Assembly: GCA_964400475.1 (NCBI GenBank)
Contig: CAYNTH010000001.1
Span: forward strand, 819 to 64,818
Length of the DNA stretch: 64,000 bases
Origin: an uncultured archaeon
Lineage (GTDB): Archaea > Aenigmatarchaeota > Aenigmatarchaeia > CG10238-14 > SCSR01
Direction of reading: 5' to 3'
How positions within the stretch are numbered: the first letter of the stretch is position 1; each line of letters begins with the position of its first letter. Position numbers and translations under genes: made by a program. This document shows positions 1 through 9,770 of the stretch, piece by piece. The notes below the pieces were generated by a model, which ran no database searches, was not told where the DNA came from, and saw only the letters and a list, made by a program, of their open reading frames with translations.

Positions 1-3000
1 CATCCACTCGGGCAACACCAAACAGTCTTATCACCGGTATTTAGTCCATGGTAATATCCACAGTTATGATGATATATCCCATAATTGCTATCACCGTCAG
101 TATCTCTAATATAACAATTCTGGGGAGTTTGTATTTCTAGAGTTACGGTTCCAGATGAATCCGCAGATCCAAAATAAGGTCTTAATATTGTCCAATAATT
201 ATCCCATGTCCGTTGTCTCCTCAATTCGACTGTTAATCCAGAATCATCGCTGGGGTCATTCCACCAATCATGTGGGTCTATTCCACACCTGAATCTTAAG
301 AAATCATCTTGTGGGTTTGCATCATTATATCTTGTTTCGATATATCCACTCCACGAAATTGTAGATCCACGTTGATAACCTTCACCGTCTATTGAGGATG
401 TCCTTGTTATATCTAAATAGTCTTGTGTCCACACTAAACAAATCTCATCCGCATTCAATCCTGAGCTTGTTGTGTAATTAACACATGTCTTAGATTTTCT
501 ACCATGACTTAACACAGCATTGTCGTCTGTCAAAAATCTTATGTAATTGCCGTCATTGGTCGGTCCATACATATCGCCAATTTGTGGATTACCATCAAAA
601 CAATCATCATAGTCATCGTCCATTCTGTCGTTCCACCAAGTATTTGTATCCGGCTCTGCACTTCCCCAATTCTTTGCTACACCATTACAATTTCCGAATG
701 CAGTGTCTACAGTACAACCAGAATAACTACCATCGTTCTCACAACCATACATTATCCAATCAGATTCCCCTGAACTCATTGGAGATGTTATTTGAGCAAC
801 ATTCGAGTGTGAACTCGCGTCAATGTACCATGCTTCTACTCTGAAATCCTTATCCCATGAATAATATCCAGAATAATGACCACTCATTTCATCTTCAAAC
901 CAGAAATCCTGTAGATCAACTTCTACCCATTGTCCATTATAACAGCCTTCATTTCTACCATCATCGTCGGTATCGCCCCTATTATTTTCTGATTCCCATG
1001 TACCCGCATTACAATAAATCGCTTGATCATCATTACATATGTAAGAACCTGAATTCTTACATTCACCATTCCATACACATTTATTATTTGCATCACAACA
1101 CGCGTCATCATTTGAATCCGATGTACATCCAGATGTACAAGATCTGCTCCTCTTGTATTCATTCGAATCATCCCCACAACACGTAGTTGCTGCAGTCTCC
1201 CCACCAAGATTCCAGTAGCCAGAACCCACACACGCAGAACATGCGGTGGATGAATCATCGTTGTCTATCCATGTACCCGAATCACAATATTCATCTGCAG
1301 ACGCGGATGAACCAGTATTGTGGCAAGAGCCCGTATTGTAACAACCCCAATTGCTTGATGAATAATCGTCTACACAATCAGTTGAATCATCACAGCAGCT
1401 TGTACTGGAACTCCCATCAGTTTCACCCTGCTCATTTATCAACCATCCTAATAGCACATTGTCATATTCGTGACAACATGTTGTGGTATCAAACTCCCAT
1501 ACATTATTGCCTGTTGTTGACTGGGCTGATACATCGTAATATTTGTATCTCAACCAAGCATTGTTTCCACCTCCTTCAGCATCTGCAACTTTAGTTCTCT
1601 GATGATATATGTCAAATTGTGTGCTGTCCTCGGCATCATAAACATCATACATTATGCATACATCAGATGCCGAACTGATATCAGCGTACCATCCTATATC
1701 GTCTACAGTTCCAGTACCATAATTAGTAGTATCTTTTGTCCCTCTCGGGAGCGATATGGCATCTTCACAACTATAAGGTCTTGTTCCAGAATTATCTCCA
1801 TCATCACAGTATTGTAGCGAATCACATTTAGAATCAGCACAGCATCCTATATCCCCCTTGTCCACATCACAATTGTTGCTGCCGTCACAGGTGTATCCAG
1901 TGTATCTGGTATCACCTGAACAATGATCTGTGCCACTACAATAGTTGGCACTTCCACATGTACCGCCACTACACGATGTGCCTGAAGCACAATTCTCATT
2001 TTCATCGTTTGTGGCACAACTCCCGCTACCATCACACGTACCCGAATCTCTTATTCGCTGACAACCGCCGTTACAACTCCAAGACCCAACACTACAGTCT
2101 CCATGCGGATCTGAATCGCTCCCCACATTTTCACATGCAGCATCTGCATCATTACAATATTCACACGTTCCACAATTCCCCTTCTCACCACTGGAATATA
2201 TCTTACAACTACCACTACCGTCACAATCTCCAGTGTAACAATCTGTGGCAGAACAATCACCATGTGGATCCGTGTCTACGGGCACGTTCGTACATTGTCC
2301 TTCCGACCCAGAAACATCACATGCTTGGCACCCGCTGCTACAAGCAGAATTACAACAATAACCATCCACACAATTACCACTGTAACATTCTGCATCTCCA
2401 GAACACGTACACCCGTTCCTTTTCTTACACGTGTATGTGTTTTCCGAACTTATTGAGCTGTATACATAATGATCAAATCCGAATGTTTCCTTTCCACCAC
2501 TCATTGCCCAATAACTTGTTGTACTGTATTCACAGTCCGAACACGTGTGTGCGGTACAGCTGGGATTATCTGCAACATATCCGGAAGAACAGTCGCAGCC
2601 AGATGTTGATTCATAATCAACTCTGACAACATCCACGTACAGCATCGCGTCGTTCACCATGCAACTACTGGTCGAATATATCTCCGCTTTGATGTATCTG
2701 TAAGTACCTGAAACCGTATCGAAATAAGTAGATGTATAAGGGCTCCATGCACCATCACCTGCTGCATGTTCGAACGTACCCGACCTTATGGTTGACCAGG
2801 ACGAACCGTCATTCGACGCGTAAACTCCATAATCTACATCCACACAATGATCTGGAAGATAGTCTCCGGTTATATTTGCTATCCATTTTATTTTGAATGT
2901 ACCTGTGTAGCTGGAGCCGAAATCCCATGTCAGTCTACCACCCACATCCTCTTCAGACCATGCATCGTGTATGTTAATATATCCCCATGCATCATCTTCG

Positions 3001-3380
3001 CTTAACGTATTTTCAACAGAACCTGAGTTCGCATAGGTTGAACCGTAACTCCCGTATGTTGTAAATGTTGGATTGGATGGTGCATCTACGGAGTCGCCTT
3101 TACAATCCGTGCAAGAAGAATCATCGCATACGAACAGTCTTATCGTTCCACCACTGGCGCTATCCGTGGAGCTTATTGATATAGTTTCGCTGGAATTTGC
3201 CGGATTTGGATTAGCGCTGAATGATGGTGGGGATGATGATGGGGTGGCTGCATATGTGATTTCAGCGTTGTTGAGAAAGTAGACACTATATAATATGAGA
3301 AATAGAGTTACGAATAGGTAAATGCCGATCCTGGCTATAGCCTTTCTGCTACCCAATCCGTCCAAATTTGGAAATTCCAC
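1..3380 (-). CDS. Large secreted/surface cysteine-rich protein with N-terminal signal-anchor; partial, C-terminus lies beyond the window start
   Basis: Absent from the ORF track because there is no stop in the window. My manual minus-strand translation is open from GTG at 3380 to position 1, about 1126 codons. An in-frame TAA lies upstream at 3438-3440 and a GGGG SD-like element sits ~10 nt upstream of the GTG. The N-terminus VEFPNLDGLGSRKAIARIGIYLFVTLFLILYSVYFL is hydrophobic. It is followed by a Ser/Pro linker, a beta-rich module (WDFGSSYTGTFKIKW...YRYIKAEIY) and dense Cys repeats such as DTDPHGDCS..GDCDGSGSC and DSDPHGDCS..GTCDGSGSC. Start codon choice is uncertain (GTG 3380 or TTG 3365). 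Confidence 0.75.
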   Translation of the reverse strand, partial: MEFPNLDGLGSRKAIARIGIYLFVTLFLILYSVYFLNNAEITYAATPSSSPPSFSANPNPANSSETISISSTDSASGGTIRLFVCDDSSCTDCKGDSVDAPSNPTFTTYGSYGSTYANSGSVENTLSEDDAWGYINIHDAWSEEDVGGRLTWDFGSSYTGTFKIKWIANITGDYLPDHCVDVDYGVYASNDGSSWSTIRSGTFEHAAGDGAWSPYTSTYFDTVSGTYRYIKAEIYSTSSCMVNDAMLYVDVVRVDYESTSGCDCSSGYVADNPSCTAHTCSDCEYSTTSYWAMSGGKETFGFDHYVYSSISSENTYTCKKRNGCTCSGDAECYSGNCVDGYCCNSACSSGCQACDVSGSEGQCTNVPVDTDPHGDCSATDCYTGDCDGSGSCKIYSSGEKGNCGTCEYCNDADAACENVGSDSDPHGDCSVGSWSCNGGCQRIRDSGTCDGSGSCATNDENENCASGTSCSGGTCGSANYCSGTDHCSGDTRYTGYTCDGSNNCDVDKGDIGCCADSKCDSLQYCDDGDNSGTRPYSCEDAISLPRGTKDTTNYGTGTVDDIGWYADISSASDVCIMYDVYDAEDSTQFDIYHQRTKVADAEGGGNNAWLRYKYYDVSAQSTTGNNVWEFDTTTCCHEYDNVLLGWLINEQGETDGSSSTSCCDDSTDCVDDYSSSNWGCYNTGSCHNTGSSASADEYCDSGTWIDNDDSSTACSACVGSGYWNLGGETAATTCCGDDSNEYKRSRSCTSGCTSDSNDDACCDANNKCVWNGECKNSGSYICNDDQAIYCNAGTWESENNRGDTDDDGRNEGCYNGQWVEVDLQDFWFEDEMSGHYSGYYSWDKDFRVEAWYIDASSHSNVAQITSPMSSGESDWIMYGCENDGSYSGCTVDTAFGNCNGVAKNWGSAEPDTNTWWNDRMDDDYDDCFDGNPQIGDMYGPTNDGNYIRFLTDDNAVLSHGRKSKTCVNYTTSSGLNADEICLVWTQDYLDITRTSSIDGEGYQRGSTISWSGYIETRYNDANPQDDFLRFRCGIDPHDWWNDPSDDSGLTVELRRQRTWDNYWTILRPYFGSADSSGTVTLEIQTPQNCYIRDTDGDSNYGIYHHNCGYYHGLNTGDKTVWCCPSG

Positions 3381-3381
3381 T

Positions 3382-3612
3382 TCAGTTTTTCCCCTTTTTA
3401 ACCTTATTAGAAGCCTTCTCTTTGATGTAGCACAGTTTTAATGTTTTCAAATCCCTTATCTTGATCAGGTCAGCCCCCTTCATCTCGTAGAGGTATTTGG
3501 TAACGGTATTCCTATGAACACCCACTTCCCTAGAAATATGCGAGAACGTCAGTCCTTCCGGATGTTCTGAAAGGACCTTGAGGATTTTCTCCCTAATATC
3601 GTTTTTAACCAT
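3382..3612 (-). CDS. Small winged-helix DNA-binding protein (76 aa)
   Basis: REKILKVLSEHPEGLTFSHISREVGVHRNTVTKYLYEMKGADLI matches an archaeal-type wHTH pattern. The stop (3382-3384) lies 1 nt before the GTG of the giant Cys-rich gene, so the two probably form an operon. Confidence 0.7.
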   Translation of the reverse strand: MVKNDIREKILKVLSEHPEGLTFSHISREVGVHRNTVTKYLYEMKGADLIKIRDLKTLKLCYIKEKASNKVKKGKN

Positions 3613-4074
3613 CTAGAACACTTCTAATTTAAACATCGATGCTGTGTTTCAATATTGTGCAACGTTGAACAACAATATAACACTACGTTATAGCAATGCA
3701 TTATAATACAATTACGATGTCGAAGGGGATAAGTTAATGCCCGCCAGAGACGACTTTTTCAATGAAATGTATCCGTTAAGAATCTAATATATCATTTTGT
3801 CACTATTTACCCCATTTTTTGTCCAATGGGTTGATTTTAGCGGTTTAAATCATTTAAGCTCCCATTACCGGACTTTTCTATTTTGATTTTGTTTGGGTTT
3901 AGTCGAATGTAATCGAATGTTTTTTATTTACATCCAGATCCGATATAACCCATAAAGGGAGCGATTGATAATCATGTGCATGTGGGTATATCGAATGCAC
4001 CCGAATACGACTGCCATCAGCTAATTGTCGATGAGTCGAAACGCTTTTTTATCCACTAAATCAATAATAAAATA
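3613..4074. promoter_or_regulatory. Long divergent intergenic region between the wHTH gene and the coiled-coil/wHTH gene
   Basis: 462 bp without a credible ORF in an otherwise gene-dense window. It contains repeated TCGAATG-type words (3902-3919 tandem gtcgaatgtaatcgaatgt; 3990-3997; related gtcgaaacg near 4034) and AT-rich TATA-like stretches close to both starts. Confidence 0.3.
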
Positions 4075-4563
4075 ATGCCATTCTTCAAAAAGGAAAAAAA
4101 CGACGGGAAAATAAACGAGATTATCCACAAGTTAGACGAATTGAATATGGTTATGAACGATGTTCAAGAGCGTGTGGATATGATCGAAGATGTTTTGGCA
4201 AAAAGACTGCCGCCTGACATATTGACCGAACGTAAATTTGTCGAAGAAGTCGAAACAGGTGATGAGATAGTTGAGAAACTCCTATCAGATATACAGGGTA
4301 TGGTCAAAAAGAATTCCGTGCGGAGTCTGATAGAAGACAGGATAGACGACAGATTCGATGCAAAACCTACCAGGGTAGAGACCAAACGAATAGAGAAAAT
4401 CACTAGGGTTTTACAGAACCATGATAGATTATCCAGTAATGATCTATCTGATTTAATCGGACTGTCTAGAACAAGGTGTAACGAGTATTTCAAACAGATG
4501 CAGGAATTGGGTATAGTGGAGCCTGTCAGGGAAGGGAGGAAGAAGTTCTACAGACTGAGTTAG
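4075..4563 (+). CDS. Coiled-coil N-terminus plus C-terminal winged-helix DNA-binding domain protein
   Basis: The C-terminus LSSNDLSDLIGLSRTRCNEYFKQMQELGIVEPVREGRKKFYRL looks like a wHTH. The N-terminal half is charged and helical. Confidence 0.6.
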   Translation: MPFFKKEKNDGKINEIIHKLDELNMVMNDVQERVDMIEDVLAKRLPPDILTERKFVEEVETGDEIVEKLLSDIQGMVKKNSVRSLIEDRIDDRFDAKPTRVETKRIEKITRVLQNHDRLSSNDLSDLIGLSRTRCNEYFKQMQELGIVEPVREGRKKFYRLS

Positions 4564-5915
4564 ATTCTCTCATATACGAAATATGTCGGGTTGCCATCGA
4601 ATGTCTCCTTTAACTGGTATTTTGAGAATAGTTCATCGAATTCAATTCTAGACGAATAATAATTGTCCATATCTATTATGAATTCGGGGGTGTCGGACTC
4701 TATATTGTTAATAACCTCGGTCGTATTCTCGAACAACATGTGCCTTAGATATGAATCCATGTAATTCCCGGAGACTCGTCTGCCTGTTGAGAACGACACA
4801 TAATTCACCATAATCGGTTCCCCGAATATGGTGTCGTTTTTCGAGGTATTTTCTTTGATAAGCTCCGATATCTTGTAGAAGTTTTCGGAATGAGACGGAT
4901 TCAGATAGAAATCGATTGTTTGTGTGTTGGATAGAATCATTAGTAATAATATTGTAGGTATGATAATTTTCACGATTTTTTCATCGGATTTTGAAAATGC
5001 ACGACCCGCCGCTATTGAATAGAACGGCACCGAAATGAGGAAATAGTGGTAAAATATGAGGTTAATCCCGAACAATATTGTCAAATCCACTATTATTGGC
5101 ACTATGGATAATAACATCAGTTTTTTATCTTTCTCAATATATCCGACCATGGCTGATATTGTGCTGAGAAATATTGTGAAGAATCCCATGTTCCAATATT
5201 GCATTTTTTGGGATTCTGGTGAACCCATGGATACTTTTGAGAATATGTGATATTCTATTGTCTGGTCCACAAAACCTTCTCCAAACAGCAACAACAATGC
5301 GGAACCGGTTAACAAAAACAAAATAACAGAAGCTGCCAAGAACTCTTTGATTTTCTGCTTGTTCTCATAGCACAGTGCGATGATCATCGGCAGGTACAAC
5401 ATTGACAAATATCTCGTAAATATTGAGAGAACGAATGGTATAGATGCTAGATATGCTGATTTCTTATTATCCTTTAACATCAGTAACAACGAAAGCAGTA
5501 CCAATGCCCCACATTCCCACATACCGTATCCCATTGCGGAGAATGCGAAAAATGAAGGCAATGTGAGGAACACAAACACGGATGGCATTCTTTCCCAATC
5601 CAACTCATCGGTTATCATATAGATTAGCAATATACAAGAGGATGATGCAATTAGGGGTATGATTTTCGCCACAAAGAAATTAGCCCCGAATATCTTGAAT
5701 ACTGATGCCAATAGGTAGATTTGGAATGGCGGATGTGCGAAGAAAAAATCAATGTAGGGCGTTCTGCCTTCAAGGACATTTTTCGCAACATTGAAATAGA
5801 ACGTTTCATCTGAAAAGGACGGATGGATGTAAAACGATCTGATTATTATAAAAGATAGTATGAAAATTACAATGAGGTGTTTTTCACCAATATCTAATTT
5901 GATATCCTTTCCCAT
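4560..5915 (-). CDS. Polytopic membrane glycosyltransferase, GT-C fold (PMT_2/ArnT-like)
   Basis: About 10 hydrophobic segments. The first loop SDETFYFNVAKNVLEGRTPYIDFFFAHPPFQIYLLA resembles the DE...hPPl signature of GT39/GT83-type enzymes. A soluble C-terminal domain of ~130 aa follows. Confidence 0.6.
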   Translation of the reverse strand: MGKDIKLDIGEKHLIVIFILSFIIIRSFYIHPSFSDETFYFNVAKNVLEGRTPYIDFFFAHPPFQIYLLASVFKIFGANFFVAKIIPLIASSSCILLIYMITDELDWERMPSVFVFLTLPSFFAFSAMGYGMWECGALVLLSLLLMLKDNKKSAYLASIPFVLSIFTRYLSMLYLPMIIALCYENKQKIKEFLAASVILFLLTGSALLLLFGEGFVDQTIEYHIFSKVSMGSPESQKMQYWNMGFFTIFLSTISAMVGYIEKDKKLMLLSIVPIIVDLTILFGINLIFYHYFLISVPFYSIAAGRAFSKSDEKIVKIIIPTILLLMILSNTQTIDFYLNPSHSENFYKISELIKENTSKNDTIFGEPIMVNYVSFSTGRRVSGNYMDSYLRHMLFENTTEVINNIESDTPEFIIDMDNYYSSRIEFDELFSKYQLKETFDGNPTYFVYERI

Positions 5916-5960
5916 AACCCACTACTAAATGTTATAAAATTGATTGGTTAAATAATTCTT

Positions 5961-6770
5961 GTGGATATATCCTATATAATAGAACAATTGAAGAGAATTT
6001 TGGAATACAAAGACACTATCAAAATATTGACTTTGAGTGATTTGAAGTTGAAATATGCGTCATCTACCCTGGGATTCCTTTGGTCCATACTTGAGCCATT
6101 ATTACTGATAGGGGTTTATTCACTGGTATTTCCGTTAATATTAAACGCCGATTTCTACGAGTGGGTTTTGTATTTTTTGGCAGGTTTCATACCATTCAGA
6201 TATTTTGAAAGAGGTATACGATCTGCTACAACTTCTTTGGTTGACAACAGGAATGTCCTTAATCGCGTTGACATACCATATATTATTATACCAATCTCTG
6301 TTGTGTTGTCAGATTCCATATCCTTCTTTTTGGAAAGTCTATTGTTTTTTGGGCTGATACTTCTTTCGGGGATATCGCCTACGCGTTATATGATATTTTT
6401 TCCACTTTTATTCTTGATGGAATTCTTCTTTATACTCGGTATAGGTATGTATCTCTCCATATCTTATGTGAAATTGAGGGATTTGAATTATATATTGAAT
6501 GTATTATTTCAGGCATTGTTTTTCTTAACACCGACAGTTTATAGGCTTGGTATGATCCCAATAAAATACAGAAGTATATACCTGAGCAATCCAATAGCCC
6601 GGTTAGTCTTATTGTATCAAGAGATAGCTCTTAGAAATCTTGCCTCTTTTTCGGAGACAATCCCGACAATTACAAATATTTCAATATTACTTATATTTTC
6701 CATATCAACTTTAATTGTCGGTTTTTGTCATTTTATTAGAAGGAATTTTAAAATAGGGGAGAAGTTATAG
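5961..6770 (+). CDS. ABC-2 type polysaccharide exporter permease (Wzm/TagG-like)
   Basis: LKLKYASSTLGFLWSILEPLLLIGVYSLVF is the N-terminal signature typical of ABC-2 permeases. About 6 TM segments. The ATPase gene follows immediately. Confidence 0.85.
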   Translation: MDISYIIEQLKRILEYKDTIKILTLSDLKLKYASSTLGFLWSILEPLLLIGVYSLVFPLILNADFYEWVLYFLAGFIPFRYFERGIRSATTSLVDNRNVLNRVDIPYIIIPISVVLSDSISFFLESLLFFGLILLSGISPTRYMIFFPLLFLMEFFFILGIGMYLSISYVKLRDLNYILNVLFQALFFLTPTVYRLGMIPIKYRSIYLSNPIARLVLLYQEIALRNLASFSETIPTITNISILLIFSISTLIVGFCHFIRRNFKIGEKL

Positions 6771-6772
6771 AA

Positions 6773-8170
6773 ATGATGGACAGTGTAATCGAATTAAAAA
6801 ATGTATCCAAGAGATTTGAGATAACGCACCAGAAAAGGGACACCGTAAAAGAAAATTTCATAGGATTCATAAAAGGAGACAATACACACACCGAATCTCT
6901 TTGGGCGCTGAAAGATATAAATCTCGATATAAAAAGTGGACAATGTGTGGGGATAGTTGGTGAAAATGGATCAGGTAAGACAACTTTATTGAAACTTATG
7001 GGCAGAATTCTCGAACCAACTACTGGAGAAATCTCGATCAATGGCAAGGTCGCGCCTCTGCTCAGTCTTGGTGTCGGATTCGAGTCTGATTTGACAGCCA
7101 AGGAAAATGTCTATTTATACGGTTCTATAATGGGATTAACAGAAAAACAGATAGATGAGAGATATGATGATATAGTCGAATTTTCTGAATTGGGGAGATT
7201 TATGGATGCTCAACTGAAAACATTTTCATCAGGTATGAAGATACGCCTTGGATTCGCAACAGCGATTAACATAGATTGTGATATTTTATTGGTTGATGAG
7301 GTGTTGTCTGTCGGTGATGGGGCGTTCCAAAAAAAGTGCTTGGAGGAATTTGATAAATTCAAGCGACGTGGGAAGACCATAGTGTATGTATCTCACGGCA
7401 TGGGCACGATCAAAAAGTACTGTGATAAGGTGTTGTTTCTGCACGAAGGTAAAGTTAGGATATTTGGCGATACACTGGATGTTATACCTCTCTACAAGAA
7501 ACACTTACTTAGTAAAGAACTAAGGGTCAATAATTCACACATATTGGATAGTATTAACAATCGTTACATGGATATAGGACTGCCTTATATCGAAGATTTG
7601 AAAATTTACAATCACGAAGAAGAAGAAGCATATGTTTTGGATTCTGGGAAAAAATGTCATATATTGGTTAAGGTCAGGAATGTCCCAGAGAATCAAATTT
7701 TGGTAGCTGATTTGTCAGGTCAAAACGACGGCGTTTATCTATTTTCTAAAAACTATGTCGGAGATTTCCTATGTTTCAAGGTGGATTCTCTGCCGTTGAC
7801 CTGTGGTGAATACAAGTTATCTATAAAGACAGTTGATGGAGATTTGTTAACCGGGTATGAAAAATTTGACATCTCGGTTAACATCGGACCCAATGCCAAA
7901 GGAATCAGAAGGATCTTTATAGAAAATCCGGTCACTTTAGACAAGGAGGTATTATCATTTGGCAAAGAATCTGAAAATGTTTTCAAAGATTTCAATGATG
8001 GGCACACATTGATATGTTTTGATGATTTGGATGTTGCGATTGAAGGTTGTGAAGAGGGCTCGTTGTTTTTTTACAAAGAGCTCTTATTGAATGGTTCTCC
8101 CGAGAAGATTATAGGAGAGTATAATAAGAGGGTATACAAATCTGCAATTTCAATTCTTGCAAGAGCCTAA
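6773..8170 (+). CDS. ABC polysaccharide exporter ATP-binding protein (Wzt/TagH-like) with a C-terminal ~220 aa extension
   Basis: Walker A GENGSGKTTLLK, the Wzt/TagH-typical INGKVAPLLSLGVGFESDLTAKENVYLYG, signature FSSGMKIRLGFA and Walker B ILLVDEV. The C-terminal beta-rich part (LPLTCGEYKLSIKTVDGDLL) resembles Wzt-C glycan-terminus-binding domains. Confidence 0.9.
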   Translation: MMDSVIELKNVSKRFEITHQKRDTVKENFIGFIKGDNTHTESLWALKDINLDIKSGQCVGIVGENGSGKTTLLKLMGRILEPTTGEISINGKVAPLLSLGVGFESDLTAKENVYLYGSIMGLTEKQIDERYDDIVEFSELGRFMDAQLKTFSSGMKIRLGFATAINIDCDILLVDEVLSVGDGAFQKKCLEEFDKFKRRGKTIVYVSHGMGTIKKYCDKVLFLHEGKVRIFGDTLDVIPLYKKHLLSKELRVNNSHILDSINNRYMDIGLPYIEDLKIYNHEEEEAYVLDSGKKCHILVKVRNVPENQILVADLSGQNDGVYLFSKNYVGDFLCFKVDSLPLTCGEYKLSIKTVDGDLLTGYEKFDISVNIGPNAKGIRRIFIENPVTLDKEVLSFGKESENVFKDFNDGHTLICFDDLDVAIEGCEEGSLFFYKELLLNGSPEKIIGEYNKRVYKSAISILARA

Positions 8171-8183
8171 TAGAGATTTAAAT

Positions 8184-9770
8184 ATGAACAATATAGATAA
8201 ATCAGCTGTCCATATGAAATTAAAAAAAATAGTTGATAGGATAATCCGGTTGGATTTGGCAAAGAATAATGATATTGCTATAATAGGGGATGGTAAAGAT
8301 CCGAACGCTTATCCAGGTCTCAAATATTTTACATATGACGACATACCGTTAATCAAAGAAAATAGTTTCAAATTTATCATATTGAGAGATCCCAGCAAGA
8401 TAAAAAATGGACAATTGAATGATATTTTCAAATTGAGTAGAAAATACGTGCTGTTAGAAGATCCATCATATATGGGCGCGCTCAAAAAAACCAACGATTT
8501 TGTAAAGGAGACACTTGACGGTGGCTTCGGTCAGATTTACGACCCGAAAAAACGTAATAGTGATGCGAATGTAATATCCGAAGAAATCGAAAAATCAGAT
8601 ATTGATAAAAATTTTACCATATTCAGCAAAGATGGTGATATATTCAGCAATTTGGAGAGTTTATCCGATAAAAACACTTCCGAAGATGATGATTTTCTGA
8701 TAAATTTCGCACTGATACAGAATTTGAAGAAGCAGATATCTGAAAAAGAGAAGGAAATCGTTTCCAAATCTAAGGACATCGAGATTTTGAAAAAGGGCAT
8801 GGAGTCGTCAAATGAGATTTCGAGGAATAAGATAAATAATTTAAAGATTATTTTGGAGCAACGGTCAAGAGAGAAAAAGATTCTTTCTAAAAGTTTCAGA
8901 GAAAAAGAAATTGAAATGGATAAGATGAGGGGAGACTTTCAAAGAACGATAGAGGAGAGGAGTAGGAAACTGGAACAAGACTATAAAAGAAAGGTAAAGG
9001 AGATAGAAGAGCAAAAATTGAAGTATCATGAAGACATCAACAGTGAATTGGATAGATTGGAAAGGATGTACACGCAGAAAAATGAGAGACTTAAGAAAAC
9101 GATTAAAAAATTGGAGACAAAACTACGCAAGGAAAAAAGAAGATTGATAGTGAATCATAGTAAGGAATTAGAGTCATATAAAGAGAGAATATCGGCTCTC
9201 AAGGATCAATATCAGAAGGAGATAACGGGTATATCTGATGCATATGAAAAACAAATTAGGAAGTTACATGAGAAAGAAAGCGAACTTAGAGAGAGTTTCA
9301 AAAAAGAAAAGAAATTGATATCTAAAAATTATGAGAATAAAATTAGCATTAAAGGGGAGCAAATCAAAAATCTCAAGAATGAGATAAATGAGAGATTATC
9401 TGATATTGGTTTACTCGAAGATAAGATATTGGAACTGAAAAAACAACATCAGTCGGAAATGATGAAAATATCTCAAAAAATAGAGAAAATAAACGAAGAA
9501 CACGAACGCGAAAAAGAAGAGATAATAATTAAGTTGGGTCGGGAGATTAAGAAGAGAGATGATGAATTGAATGAGGTAAAATCAAAATATAAACGAGATG
9601 TGCAGGAAAAAATTTCTAAAACTATCGATATTAAACAGCGTAAAGAGCGCGAAATTTCTAAATTGAAATCGGAATTGAATTCAATAAAATCATCTCCAAT
9701 TTATAGATTGTTATCGAAATTGGATTTTTTCAACGAAAAAGACGATGAGCCTGATATAGAGTGGGTATGA
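8184..9770 (+). CDS. Long coiled-coil protein with a small N-terminal globular domain (possibly a degenerate Rossmann/methyltransferase-like fold)
   Basis: The track ORF starts at TTG 8157, inside the wzt-like gene; ATG 8184 is more likely. Roughly 350 aa are K/E-rich heptad-like sequence. The N-terminus has DIAIIGDGKD...FKFIILRD...KYVLLEDP. The C-terminal tail is SSPIYRLLSKLDFF. Confidence 0.6.
   Translation: MNNIDKSAVHMKLKKIVDRIIRLDLAKNNDIAIIGDGKDPNAYPGLKYFTYDDIPLIKENSFKFIILRDPSKIKNGQLNDIFKLSRKYVLLEDPSYMGALKKTNDFVKETLDGGFGQIYDPKKRNSDANVISEEIEKSDIDKNFTIFSKDGDIFSNLESLSDKNTSEDDDFLINFALIQNLKKQISEKEKEIVSKSKDIEILKKGMESSNEISRNKINNLKIILEQRSREKKILSKSFREKEIEMDKMRGDFQRTIEERSRKLEQDYKRKVKEIEEQKLKYHEDINSELDRLERMYTQKNERLKKTIKKLETKLRKEKRRLIVNHSKELESYKERISALKDQYQKEITGISDAYEKQIRKLHEKESELRESFKKEKKLISKNYENKISIKGEQIKNLKNEINERLSDIGLLEDKILELKKQHQSEMMKISQKIEKINEEHEREKEEIIIKLGREIKKRDDELNEVKSKYKRDVQEKISKTIDIKQRKEREISKLKSELNSIKSSPIYRLLSKLDFFNEKDDEPDIEWV

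Noticed and set aside
582-3282. A series of plus-strand track ORFs (582-773, 584-844, 857-1186, 1187-1594, 1958-2626, 3073-3282 and others) with H/N/Y/L-rich low-complexity translations.
   Set aside because: They lie antisense to a single continuous minus-strand frame that encodes a protein-like, Cys-rich sequence with a signal anchor. Their composition is what you would expect from reading Cys/Asp/Gly-rich codons backwards.
3738-3788. A 16-codon mini-ORF (MPARDDFFNEMYPLRI) in the long intergenic spacer, considered as a possible leader or precursor peptide.
   Set aside because: It is too short, has no Cys, has no recognisable RBS or promoter context that I can support, and cannot be told apart from chance in 462 bp.
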